NCBI GenBank assembly: GCA_050633245.1
Contig: JBOEGD010000018.1
Span: forward strand, 1-64,000
Source: Calditrichia bacterium
Lineage (GTDB): Bacteria; Calditrichota; Calditrichia; RBG-13-44-9; J075
Reading direction: 5' to 3'
Length of the DNA: 64,000 bases
Both the position numbers and the translations under genes were made by a program. This document shows positions 8,861-18,427 of this stretch, piece after piece (the first letter of the stretch is position 1; each line of letters opens with the position of its first letter). The notes beneath the pieces were generated by a model that saw only the letters and a list, made by a program, of their open reading frames with translations, was not told the DNA's origin and did no database searches.

Positions 8861-10345
8861 CTACAGCCGAATATTTAGGCTATCAACTAAAACACTATCT
8901 CCCATGGGTGTAGTCGCATTACGACGGATTACATCCAACATGGTCTCATGCACTTGCAGTAACGTATCTACACCACTAATTCGATACGCATCGCGAACAT
9001 TAAAAAAAGAATTATAGCTGGAAACCAGCCTGCCATTATCTTGCCCATAATCCCAAACGGCGACAGAATCAATATTGGTAAATGAATTGCTTGTGATGAG
9101 TGGATTGCGGCTATCAAGCTGGATCAAAACTCCGTCTCGCCAACCATCGATAACGTTATCCTTAATAATGTTCTGGTTGCCAATGTTGAATGTATCGGTT
9201 ACCAGAATAGCGGTTTGTCCGGGAAATCCAGGTAGTTCATGATTTCTTCCAAGAAGAACGTTGTTGATAATAACGTTATTAGGGCCATTAACGATGATGC
9301 CAACTTGAGCATGATTTGCCACATAGCCGGATGTATCCTGTGATTCATAGCGATTGCTGTCTATGATATTCAAGTCGCCGTCTATCTTAAACCCAACGGG
9401 TGAGCCACTTATAAACCTTCCGGAGCCTCGTGCCAAATTGTTGCGATAGTTAACACTCCCAACGCCTTGCCAGCCGGGGATGTTATTAAATGGAGAAGTC
9501 AATGCGAGGTTCATGAAATTATCTTTTCCACCATTTATTGATTTATTACCTTCTACAACCCCATTATGTCCGCCTAAATAATAATCATAATCATAGGTAT
9601 TCCTGGAAATGTTGTTCTTAATAGTAAAATTACAAACGGCCGCAAGTTTAATGAATCCTCTTCCATAGATTGTCCCATCAACCTCTCCATTAAAGTCACA
9701 CTCTTCAATACGGATGCGGTCAACCAATCCTTGTGTAAGAATTCCTCTGGGGCCGGCAACACGTTTGGGGACTCTAGGCCATGTGCAGCGCAATATCCTT
9801 ACGTCTCTTGCAATCGTATCTGCTACTTGAGAGTAAACGCCTGCGGATGTCAGCTCTCCACCAAATCCTAGCCACCAGAAGTCATAAAAATTCACGTCGG
9901 AAATGGTTATTCGCTCATTTTCACCGAATGCTCCCCCGCCCTCAAAATAAAACGGAAGGACAGCGTTATTATATCCATTCCCACTACCTGCCCCGTTCTT
10001 GCCATCTACATTGAAGTTTATCAGCTCAATATCAGCGCAGTTGCTAAACTTGATAAGGTAGTTGCTCGTAAGTGTTTTACTGGAGCTGCGATATACCAGT
10101 ACACCGGGACCGTATATCCGAATTCCGTTTGTGTTGTTTATATTGATACTGTCAATATAAACCGTGTCTGCCGGTAGCTGAATAACGCGCCCATTTGCAA
10201 TAGAAATAAGATGTCTTAAAGAATCCGCGTTTGCCGCAGATTTCGTGGAATCATTTGTAACGATACCATAATCTGTTAAATAAAGCGGTTGTCCTAAAAT
10301 GATACTACTGCTGATAAGCAGTAGAAATAGAATGGTAAGCTTCAT
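8861..10345 (-). CDS. Secreted beta-helix protein, paralog 3
   Basis: Same architecture. Start MKLTILF with SD GAGGTG. C-terminus DSLNIRL. Confidence 0.8.
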   Translation of the reverse strand: MKLTILFLLLISSSIILGQPLYLTDYGIVTNDSTKSAANADSLRHLISIANGRVIQLPADTVYIDSININNTNGIRIYGPGVLVYRSSSKTLTSNYLIKFSNCADIELINFNVDGKNGAGSGNGYNNAVLPFYFEGGGAFGENERITISDVNFYDFWWLGFGGELTSAGVYSQVADTIARDVRILRCTWPRVPKRVAGPRGILTQGLVDRIRIEECDFNGEVDGTIYGRGFIKLAAVCNFTIKNNISRNTYDYDYYLGGHNGVVEGNKSINGGKDNFMNLALTSPFNNIPGWQGVGSVNYRNNLARGSGRFISGSPVGFKIDGDLNIIDSNRYESQDTSGYVANHAQVGIIVNGPNNVIINNVLLGRNHELPGFPGQTAILVTDTFNIGNQNIIKDNVIDGWRDGVLIQLDSRNPLITSNSFTNIDSVAVWDYGQDNGRLVSSYNSFFNVRDAYRISGVDTLLQVHETMLDVIRRNATTPMGDSVLVDSLNIRL

Positions 10346-10434
10346 AATAAACACCTCTCTGATGATGGATGAGTTGCTGATTTATACAGCTCATCCAAAT
10401 GCTCCTGCTAACATATGCATCCATGCAATAATTG
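10346..10434 (-). promoter_or_regulatory. Conserved leader, copy 3
   Basis: CAATTATTGCATGGATGCATAT plus hairpin TGGATGAG…CTCATCCA at 10366-10397. Confidence 0.55.
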
Positions 10435-10611
10435 GTTTCCTATAAAGTTTTAATTATCTGTTTACCACCGGCCAAAAACATTAAGGAAAAGATGCTTTGC
10501 TACTTTATGAGGCATTAGCTTCGTTGAAGGATTATGAAAGTGAGCTGTAAAACCTGAATCTGAGCAAGAACAGTTTCTGAAGCATGAATGTCTAATGAGG
10601 CTAAATGCGTC

Positions 10612-11088
10612 TTATTTAGACAGTGCGATGTCAAAACTTCTCTTCTCGAAATGAACCTTTATTCCCTCCTTGTTTATTGTATCAATTCGCATTCCCATTA
10701 TCCGCTGACCTGTTATCGCGATATGAGTTTGTCCATCCGGGAATTCAAGAAGAGCCAGACCCCCTTTTTCATCCTCGAGATATCCCAGATAACGAATTTG
10801 CGGTTTTTTGATAACCCCATTTTTTTGATTAACTGCGCTAGCTCTTCGCTTTATCGGCCTTTTATAGGGGCGAAAGGGGTTCCTCGCTGAATACAAAGTG
10901 CTTTCAAAAAGCGAATCCAGGCTGAAGCGATTTCCAGGGTTTGTGTCTACCACTTTTGTAACTTCTGGATTGATTATTTCTATTGGTTCGACGCTTTTGT
11001 TAAACTGAAAGAGAACAGCTGCCCAGACTCCGAATGCAATCATAAGAAGCAAGATTGTTACAAATTTATTGGACCTGGGGTTAGTCAT
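10612..11088 (-). CDS. PilP/GspC-like assembly protein
   Basis: N-terminal TM, 'RNPF' motif, C-terminal beta domain (YLGYL…ALLEF), position in the operon. Confidence 0.6.
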   Translation of the reverse strand: MTNPRSNKFVTILLLMIAFGVWAAVLFQFNKSVEPIEIINPEVTKVVDTNPGNRFSLDSLFESTLYSARNPFRPYKRPIKRRASAVNQKNGVIKKPQIRYLGYLEDEKGGLALLEFPDGQTHIAITGQRIMGMRIDTINKEGIKVHFEKRSFDIALSK

Positions 11089-11609
11089 TGTAGTCTTGCC
11101 TCTACCCTCAATGAAAATATGGGCTTATCTAATGCTTTGGGTTTCAGTTTTACCTGTAAATTGCGTAATGATAAAGGGCTTGCTGAGTGTTCCATAGAGT
11201 GAATAAATCTTAAACCGCTGGCATAACTCGCCTGAAGAGAAATATCCAAATTCATGCGACTATAGTCCTTCTTCTTCTCTTCAATACCTGGCTGGATGTT
11301 TACAATTGTGACGCCAAAAGAATCCGCAAGCTGGTTAATTGATGTGTATATGGATGCGCTTTTTCCATTAATTAATTGAGTTTTTCGCATCATACTTAAG
11401 CGTCTCTGTTTCTCCTGCAACTGTGCTCGTTGCGTAACAATCTTTGCGATAAGCTCTTGCTCAGGGTGAATCTTATCAGCAATAATTCCACACTCTTTTA
11501 ACAACAGATGTGTATCGGTCGTCAAGCTGGAAAGAATCTTAATTCCCAGTATCAGTAGCAAAATGGCAGTAGCCACACTAATCCACTTCCACGATATTCC
11601 GAACATCAT
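11085..11609 (-). CDS. PilO/GspM-like protein
   Basis: TM, coiled coil, then a ferredoxin-like C-terminus (SLQASYASGLRFIHSME). Overlaps its neighbours. Confidence 0.7.
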   Translation of the reverse strand: MMFGISWKWISVATAILLLILGIKILSSLTTDTHLLLKECGIIADKIHPEQELIAKIVTQRAQLQEKQRRLSMMRKTQLINGKSASIYTSINQLADSFGVTIVNIQPGIEEKKKDYSRMNLDISLQASYASGLRFIHSMEHSASPLSLRNLQVKLKPKALDKPIFSLRVEARLQ

Positions 11610-12912
11610 ACTCCACGGTTAAGAGGATATTTTTTGGATGTCTAACGGCCCATTTACGATAGATATCTCTGACAGACTTCCATTCCATTTCAACCAGACG
11701 CGCTCCGTGAACTTCTTTCAGGGAATTGAGCACTTCAAGCAATAATGAGAGATAAGTAGGATTGGGAGCCAAAGCATTGAGGATCACTTTTGTATCAGTG
11801 CCCGCTTCTTGTTGGAAGGAGATGTCAGTAAACCACAATTCACTCGGAACCTGACTGGTAAGTCTTACAAGATGAAGAGCGAGTGTTGAGTTTTGTCCAG
11901 ATGATCTAATTAGCCCTCTGTAGCGAAGATCAAGTTGTTCCAGCTTAGTTTCTAAAGATTTTAGCTCTTGGGATTGCGGAAGTATGTTTAAGAGTTTAGC
12001 CTCAAGAGAACCTTGATAATGCAGGAGTGTGAATTGTATGATATAAAACAGGGCAGCTGAGATGAGCAAGAAGATTCCACTCAGCAGGACTATTTTTTTT
12101 GTTAAATGACGAAAGAATAGCTCTTCGCTGTCTCTTCGTTGTGTATCCGAACGCAGGTCGAGACCGTCAGATGGATAAAATGCCCCTAAAGCACTTGAAG
12201 CAGCAGGCCAATATGCTTTCTCAAGAGAGGTAAAGAATTTTGCCGGCTCTATTTTATCGATGGCGCAGGGGGTTTGTAGTTGTTCTGTAAACTGCTCAAG
12301 TGTAAAATCGAGAGCGCCATCTTCATGCAATAACAAATTCCCATAATAAGATGCATCAGCACGTTCTATTTTACATGGACGGGAATGTTCTTTTAGCATA
12401 TGTTTCATGCCGAACAGCCAATGAGAAATTCGAATAGGGCTACCGACTATATATTTCGCGGCTCTCTCAACCTGTTCTTGACGGAGAAGGATTACTACTA
12501 TTTCAATCGTCTCGAGAGTACCCTTTAATCTTTGCCACCGGATTATGCTCGCTTCTCCAGTGGGACGAAAAGGAAAAAGAGTCTGCGATTGTTCCTGAAG
12601 GAAAGAATTTATCTCAGACAACGGCATTACAGGTATAGTTATGCGCTTAAGCATCATGCGTTCGTGCGGCAATATTATATTTATATAATCTGACTTGGGA
12701 AGGATTTGCTGCCAATTTGTATCATTCGAAATTTCTTCACTCGATATCAACTGAACGGTATGCAACCATCGACGTAATAACACCAGCCGGAATCCATCAG
12801 TGCTCGGTTCGATCCCAAGTGATGTATCGCCAAACTGAAACAAGGTATAGAGTTTTGCAAGAACGGCTTGAATCGATACCAATTCGTTTTCCTTTATTCT
12901 GGGTTTAACCAT
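11578..12912 (-). CDS. GspL-like (PilM-PilN fusion-like) protein
   Basis: Cytoplasmic N-domain (LGIE…), single TM, coiled coil, PilN-like 'VPSELWFTDISF'. Confidence 0.65.
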   Translation of the reverse strand: MVKPRIKENELVSIQAVLAKLYTLFQFGDTSLGIEPSTDGFRLVLLRRWLHTVQLISSEEISNDTNWQQILPKSDYINIILPHERMMLKRITIPVMPLSEINSFLQEQSQTLFPFRPTGEASIIRWQRLKGTLETIEIVVILLRQEQVERAAKYIVGSPIRISHWLFGMKHMLKEHSRPCKIERADASYYGNLLLHEDGALDFTLEQFTEQLQTPCAIDKIEPAKFFTSLEKAYWPAASSALGAFYPSDGLDLRSDTQRRDSEELFFRHLTKKIVLLSGIFLLISAALFYIIQFTLLHYQGSLEAKLLNILPQSQELKSLETKLEQLDLRYRGLIRSSGQNSTLALHLVRLTSQVPSELWFTDISFQQEAGTDTKVILNALAPNPTYLSLLLEVLNSLKEVHGARLVEMEWKSVRDIYRKWAVRHPKNILLTVEYDVRNIVEVD

Positions 12913-14762
12913 GCGTCATTACCATAGGTCAAACGCGGGGTAACGTAAATAATAAGTTCGCTTTTAGATTTGTTGAAGTTTCTGTTGCTGAAAAGTCTGC
13001 CAAGAAGAGGAATGCGTCCAAGTAACGGGACTCTGCTGATGCTTTCCGAATCAATTTCTTGTATCAAGCCTCCCAGGACAATGGTTTCTCCATCGCGTAA
13101 CCTAACGGTGGAACTGAGTGAACGACTCTGTATATTTGGCGGCACTTCTGGTGAGATCTGTTCTCCAGGAGTATTGAACTCCGGATAAATCTCCACGGTG
13201 ATCTCCCCAGAAGAGCTGACCCAAGGGGTTATCTTTAGTGAAATATTTATTTCGACTGTCTGGAAGCGCTCAGTCGTTTGCAATAGCACTTGCGAAGGAT
13301 CGCGAATTGGGGTTTCCGATATCAGTTTGAAATATCGGGTCTCACCTACTTTAAGTTCGGCGGTGTGACCATTTAGCGTAGAAATTTGCGGTCTGGATCG
13401 TATATTGGCTTTACCCTTTTGTTCCAGTGCACGAACCTTTAGGTAAAAGTCATCGGGTAGATTACCAATGTTCACGCCGCTGAAAAAATTGTCCAGCTTG
13501 TCCAGATACTTGTTAGTATTGTCACCGTTCCAGAAAATGTCTACGCCGGGTATCCAGCCATCGAAGAACCCGCTACTGGAATCAGGGTTGTTTAGACCGG
13601 CTTCAATAGAGATATCTCTGCTATCGGTAAAGGTGAAGTCGACGACCAGCACCTCAAAGAACACCTGAGGAATCGGCTTATCCATCCTTTTCAAGATATC
13701 TTCTATTTCACTTACAACTGAACCGGCCCCGTTTACAAGGAGCGCATTGTGCTCACGAATAACGGAAAGTTCTGCCTTGTCAGTTACCTGTTTTGGAAGC
13801 ATTTCAATGACACCCTCAGCTTTCAAGTGTTTCAATTCAATGAGTCTCGAGAGGGTGAGACGAGTATTGCTTTTATCGCCAACGAGATACACATTGTCAC
13901 TTTGCTTGTAGGTGAAGTTGCTTTCAAGCAAAAGCATACTCAGGCATTTATCAATAGTTAACCATTGTGCCTTACCGTTGATCTTGCCCTCTGGCTTGTC
14001 TAAGAGAAAAATACCAATGCCTGTTTTCGCCGAAAGCTCATTTAGTGTTATCTCCAAATCAGCGTTTTGAATATCCAGAGATATCAGTTTATTGGCATCA
14101 ATGCTGATCCATATGCCAGTTGATGCCTTATTGGCGCCAGCCGCGTAGGCAGGACGCGCAAGATGAAAAACCTCTCCGTCTTTACGTAGTTGGAGGCCAT
14201 TAATGCTGGCAATTTGCTGCAAAGCATCTTCTAAAGGAAGGTTTTGCACCATAGCTGATATGGTGCCGTTTGCATTTTGTGCTGCTAGGATAGTTTTACC
14301 GGTGGTGCGAGAGAGCTCTCTCATGCTCTGCTGTAAATTCTCATCTTGAAAGTCCACTGAAAGTAGATCATCGATATAGTCAATCTGCCAGACTTTTGGT
14401 GGTGAAGGAGGCTCTGTTGGCTGTTTTATTTTAATAATATTCCCATGCTCTATTAACTCAAGATTATTTTCAGCTGCAAGGAATTCCAGTGCCTCTATAG
14501 CCGAAATGTTAGCCATATGCAGCGTAACACGTTTCTGAATAGCATCTTCAATGAATAGATTCAGTTGGTATTTTTTAGCGATAAGCCGTACGACATCTTT
14601 CAGCTCTGCATTTTTGAAATCCAGCTCAGCAATAATTTGATTGAATCCGCGAAGAGGATTACTTGCTGAGTCCTCCTGTGCACGACTCGAATGAGAGAAC
14701 ACTGTCAGGCATAGTATAAGTGCGAGCATGTAAAGTGATTTAGAATTTGAAGATTGGATCAT
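12894..14762 (-). CDS. gspD: Secretin (GspD/PilQ family) with repeated STN-like N-domains
   Basis: Signal peptide, LDFKNAELKDV, DKPIPQVFFEV, RPQISTLNG, VRLRDGETIVLGGL, VPLLGRIPLLGRLF, ELIIYVTP. Confidence 0.93.
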   Translation of the reverse strand: MIQSSNSKSLYMLALILCLTVFSHSSRAQEDSASNPLRGFNQIIAELDFKNAELKDVVRLIAKKYQLNLFIEDAIQKRVTLHMANISAIEALEFLAAENNLELIEHGNIIKIKQPTEPPSPPKVWQIDYIDDLLSVDFQDENLQQSMRELSRTTGKTILAAQNANGTISAMVQNLPLEDALQQIASINGLQLRKDGEVFHLARPAYAAGANKASTGIWISIDANKLISLDIQNADLEITLNELSAKTGIGIFLLDKPEGKINGKAQWLTIDKCLSMLLLESNFTYKQSDNVYLVGDKSNTRLTLSRLIELKHLKAEGVIEMLPKQVTDKAELSVIREHNALLVNGAGSVVSEIEDILKRMDKPIPQVFFEVLVVDFTFTDSRDISIEAGLNNPDSSSGFFDGWIPGVDIFWNGDNTNKYLDKLDNFFSGVNIGNLPDDFYLKVRALEQKGKANIRSRPQISTLNGHTAELKVGETRYFKLISETPIRDPSQVLLQTTERFQTVEINISLKITPWVSSSGEITVEIYPEFNTPGEQISPEVPPNIQSRSLSSTVRLRDGETIVLGGLIQEIDSESISRVPLLGRIPLLGRLFSNRNFNKSKSELIIYVTPRLTYGNDAWLNPE

Positions 14763-14997
14763 TAACCCACCGATAACGACAAACAAAAAATGTCGTTGAC
14801 TTTTGATGATCTATAGCGCCTTATTTGAGTAGAAGACACTGTTAATTTTTGTATAGCTAAAAAGGTTGTTTTACTGCTGTAATTTGTCAGATTTTATCTT
14901 GAATAAGGGGAAGTTTTTGGCCTGTCCATTTTTTTCTTGCCATTGGCATAATAAATCGTATGTTTGTAAATGTCAACCAAAATCACACATTTGAGTT

Positions 14998-15441
14998 ATG
15001 TTGACTAGCGAAATCACAAAAACGATTGGGTTGCGTTTAAAGCAATGTATCCAAGAAAGCACCTTTACACAGAAGGAGATTTCACATGAATTAGGCATAT
15101 CTGAAAATACTCTGACGAACTACATTCAGGGAAGAAGAAGCCCGAATGTGATGCTCGTGGCTCAGCTAGCCGGATTGCTAAACATCAATCTTAATTGGCT
15201 GTTACGCGGAGAAGGGTTCATGCATTTATCAGCAGAAAATGAGAGACACGCCGATGGAGGTCTATCTGCTGAGGGGAATAAGCAGTTGGAGAGAGAGCTT
15301 GCCCTCTTACAGGAGGAAAATAGGGCCTTAAGAGAGAAACTGCATTATCTGAGTTCAGACAATACAGTTCAAAACAAGAAAATTGAAAAAATGGAGAAGC
15401 AAATTGAGCGAATAATGTCGATTCTCGACAAAAACAAGTGA
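14998..15441 (+). CDS. XRE-family HTH regulator with C-terminal coiled coil
   Basis: IGLRLK…TQKEISHELGISENTLTNYIQGRRSP…LNWLLRGEG. Confidence 0.85.
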   Translation: MLTSEITKTIGLRLKQCIQESTFTQKEISHELGISENTLTNYIQGRRSPNVMLVAQLAGLLNINLNWLLRGEGFMHLSAENERHADGGLSAEGNKQLERELALLQEENRALREKLHYLSSDNTVQNKKIEKMEKQIERIMSILDKNK

Positions 15442-15552
15442 TATCTCGCAATACCCAGTAGACTACTTTCCTCCCTCATTTGAAATTGAGCACATGCAGC
15501 GCTGATAAATAAGGACAGCCTGAAGACGTTTTCAGAGCTCAAAAGGACAACT

Positions 15553-16905
15553 ATGCTTAAAAATATAGTTAGATCTGAACTTGGTTCGGCTTTATTGACT
15601 GTGTTGGTTCTATCGCTAATAATCTCGGGTCTTATTTTGACGTTGTTGAGTGGATCGCTAATACAACGACGTTCCATTTTATATAGTCAGGATAAGTTAT
15701 TAGCACGCTATGCAGCGGAAAGCGGAGTAGAGGAAATACTTGCTTCATTGCATCAGAATTACAATGGGATAGGTTTTGCTCCTAAAACACAACAATCGAC
15801 TCTACAAACCGGAAGTCACGTCGAACAATCTATTCGGCGTTGGGGAGCTTTTTTACACCTTAAAAGTGTTGCCAGGTCGCATCGAGCAGAGTATGAAATT
15901 TCAGTATCGGTTGGATTACATGGTGAAAAGTTTTTGAGTAACGGATTAATTGTTAACCCGGCCTATCCAGAGCTGCTCGTTACAGGCCAAACCCGAATTG
16001 TTGGAGACGCTGCTGTTGGATTGAAGGGGGTTAAAAGTGCCAATACACGTGGAATACCTTATACCGGTGATAGGCTTGTCTATGGAACGATAACCCGAAG
16101 CAGGGAAGACAAACGTCCAGTAATAGACTATGAACAAGTTCAATCATTGTTTACTTATTTTGATCAGCAGTTTCGTCTACCCAAGCGTAGTTTTCAAGAG
16201 TTTGTGATAGGTGACTCGCTTGTTCAACTTCCCGACTGGCCTGAAGAAGTTCCGATCGTCGAAGTAACTGCAGAAGAATTAAATAGAGAAGACTGGCAGA
16301 TTAGAGGCGCTTTAACGCTTGTTTGTAATGATACTTTAATTATTACGAGTAAAGTTTTTCTGGGTCGATATGTAACGCTGTTAACCAAAGGTCTATTGCA
16401 GTTAAGTGCGAATGTTCAAGTTGATGAAGCAATTCTTTATGCTTCAGAAGGTCTGCGATTACATGACGTTCGGAATAGTCGTGGACAATTCTTTTCCAGA
16501 GGAAATGTTGAAATAATAAATAGTAAGCTTTCATACCCAAGCTGTAGTTTGGTATGGTCGGATGCAGAGGAAGCAAGGATAATACTGAGTGCTGGAACAA
16601 CAATTAAAGGTTCTGTATATCTATTAACCGTCAGAAACTTGCCAGTGCCTCGTACTCTACGGGGCAAACTTATAATAGATGAAGATGCCATTTTAATTGG
16701 ACTCGCGTTCTCTGATAATCTTTGTGAATTGAAGGGAGAGGTAAATGGTAGCGTTATTACAGATCGTTTTCATTTTTATTATTCACCTACTGAATACTAC
16801 AATCGCATTATGGACGGCCGTATCCAGCGCAGTAAGCTAAAGCATCTTGAGCTGCCGTTGTTCTTCAAAGATTCAGGTCGATTAACAGTCATGGAGACTA
16901 GATAA
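15553..16905 (+). CDS. PilX/GspK-like minor pilin with large beta-rich C-terminal domain
   Basis: G|SALLTVLVLSLII (no E5), 'ARYAAESGVE'. Confidence 0.7.
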   Translation: MLKNIVRSELGSALLTVLVLSLIISGLILTLLSGSLIQRRSILYSQDKLLARYAAESGVEEILASLHQNYNGIGFAPKTQQSTLQTGSHVEQSIRRWGAFLHLKSVARSHRAEYEISVSVGLHGEKFLSNGLIVNPAYPELLVTGQTRIVGDAAVGLKGVKSANTRGIPYTGDRLVYGTITRSREDKRPVIDYEQVQSLFTYFDQQFRLPKRSFQEFVIGDSLVQLPDWPEEVPIVEVTAEELNREDWQIRGALTLVCNDTLIITSKVFLGRYVTLLTKGLLQLSANVQVDEAILYASEGLRLHDVRNSRGQFFSRGNVEIINSKLSYPSCSLVWSDAEEARIILSAGTTIKGSVYLLTVRNLPVPRTLRGKLIIDEDAILIGLAFSDNLCELKGEVNGSVITDRFHFYYSPTEYYNRIMDGRIQRSKLKHLELPLFFKDSGRLTVMETR

Positions 16906-17273
16906 TGTTTCAGCAAACAAGCGATGAGAGTGGCTATTCACTGATGGAGATTTTGGTGGCCCTCGTCTTACTACTTATCGTCCTGATACCTTCTGGACAG
17001 TGGATGGGTAAGCACCTGGTTGATAGAACCGATCTGAATAAACTCTTTGCATTACGGTTGGCTGAACTAACTATGGAGGAATTGATCCTCCAAGGTGAGT
17101 TCCGGTCTGAGGTAAAAGAAATAGAATACAAAAATCAAGTGTTTCAAAGTACTACACGCATTCAAGAAATTAGAGAAAATCTGATTTTAGTTACTATTGA
17201 AGTAAGAAAGGGGGAGAGGCTTCTCTGTCATTTGAAGCGTTCTCACTATCTTGTTATTAATTCGCAAACCTGA
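16905..17273 (+). CDS. Minor pilin (GspI/PilV-like)
   Basis: G|YSLMEILVALVLL class III signal. Confidence 0.8.
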   Translation: MFQQTSDESGYSLMEILVALVLLLIVLIPSGQWMGKHLVDRTDLNKLFALRLAELTMEELILQGEFRSEVKEIEYKNQVFQSTTRIQEIRENLILVTIEVRKGERLLCHLKRSHYLVINSQT

Positions 17274-17281
17274 TTCAGTAT

Positions 17282-17800
17282 GTGATGAAGAAACAGATGC
17301 AAAAGGATGCCGGCTTTACGGTCATTGAGTTGATTATTGCCGTGCAGCTAACGCTGCTGGTAATAGGCATGGCATATACAAGTTTTCTATTTGCTCAGAA
17401 AATTTACCTGCGTTGGCAATCGAAAACCAATGCAGAGCAGCAATTAAATTTGATTCATCAGCAATACTCGGTTCGCCTGAATAAGCTGACACATATTCAC
17501 AGCGCTGAGTCACAGCTTTTGATTGGACAAACCAGACGTCTGGAAAAAATTGAGCTAACAATTGCTGAAGATATTGATTCCGGTAATGCAGTGGTACCCA
17601 ATGGATTTTACGGCTCCTTCTTTTACCTTATTGATGGACAGATGAATTGGAATCGCTCTGTTGACCGAAATTCGAATGGGGGAAATGAAACATTACCGAT
17701 TTCGGCTGTCAAGCTGGAAGGAAACTATTGGCATAATGGAAAGAGCTTTCAGGTGAAGATTGTACAACGTCTCGTCAGGCGAATACCAATAATTCGCTAA
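17282..17800 (+). CDS. Minor pilin (GspJ/PilW-like)
   Basis: G|FTVIELIIAV class III signal. Confidence 0.8.
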   Translation: MMKKQMQKDAGFTVIELIIAVQLTLLVIGMAYTSFLFAQKIYLRWQSKTNAEQQLNLIHQQYSVRLNKLTHIHSAESQLLIGQTRRLEKIELTIAEDIDSGNAVVPNGFYGSFFYLIDGQMNWNRSVDRNSNGGNETLPISAVKLEGNYWHNGKSFQVKIVQRLVRRIPIIR

Positions 17801-18297
17801 AGCCAATGAAGTGGATCGAAAAAGTTCAAATTGGCGAATATCTCTGGGGCAATAAGATGCAGGCCGATTAAAGCGAAGGTAGCAAGCCCGAGGTAGAATC
17901 CGAGTGGAATATGTTTACCATGTAAGTCTTTACTAATGAGTCGTGCTCCATAAACAAGTGTAACGGCAAAAAATGAAGCGATGAAAAGACTCAGCAAAAA
18001 TCCGGGGAAGCCAAGCAAGGCCCCAATCGCTCCGGCTAACTTTATATCGCCGAAGCCCATAGAGTCTTGTTGGAGAAAGACATTACCTGCGAATCGCACA
18101 AGTGCGAGAAAGCCTGAGCTGTATAAACCTGAAAGTACCTGCTCATACCAAGTTACTTCCAAATGTATGCCACCTGCCAGCAGGGCAGAAACGAAAAGGG
18201 TCAGGGTTGCTACATTAGGAATGCGCCGACTTTTGAGGTCGGAAATCATTACCCAAAGACAGCAAAGGCAAAGAAAAGAAAGTATAAACAAATGCAT
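17797..18297 (-). CDS. Prepilin peptidase (A24), short form without the N-terminal Zn/methyltransferase-associated domain
   Basis: Catalytic Asp motifs ISDLKSRRIPN and MGFGDIKL, 'IPLGFYL', multiple TMs. Confidence 0.85.
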   Translation of the reverse strand: MHLFILSFLCLCCLWVMISDLKSRRIPNVATLTLFVSALLAGGIHLEVTWYEQVLSGLYSSGFLALVRFAGNVFLQQDSMGFGDIKLAGAIGALLGFPGFLLSLFIASFFAVTLVYGARLISKDLHGKHIPLGFYLGLATFALIGLHLIAPEIFANLNFFDPLHWL

Positions 18298-18427
18298 GAA
18301 GAATGATGGCTCTAACGAATATGAAATGCAAGGGTAATAGAAGATAAGTGTGTTTGTCAGAGACTGAACCCGTTTGGTTGATGACAATTGAAGAGTAATA
18401 AAAAGTGGATATTTATAAAGAAGAGAA

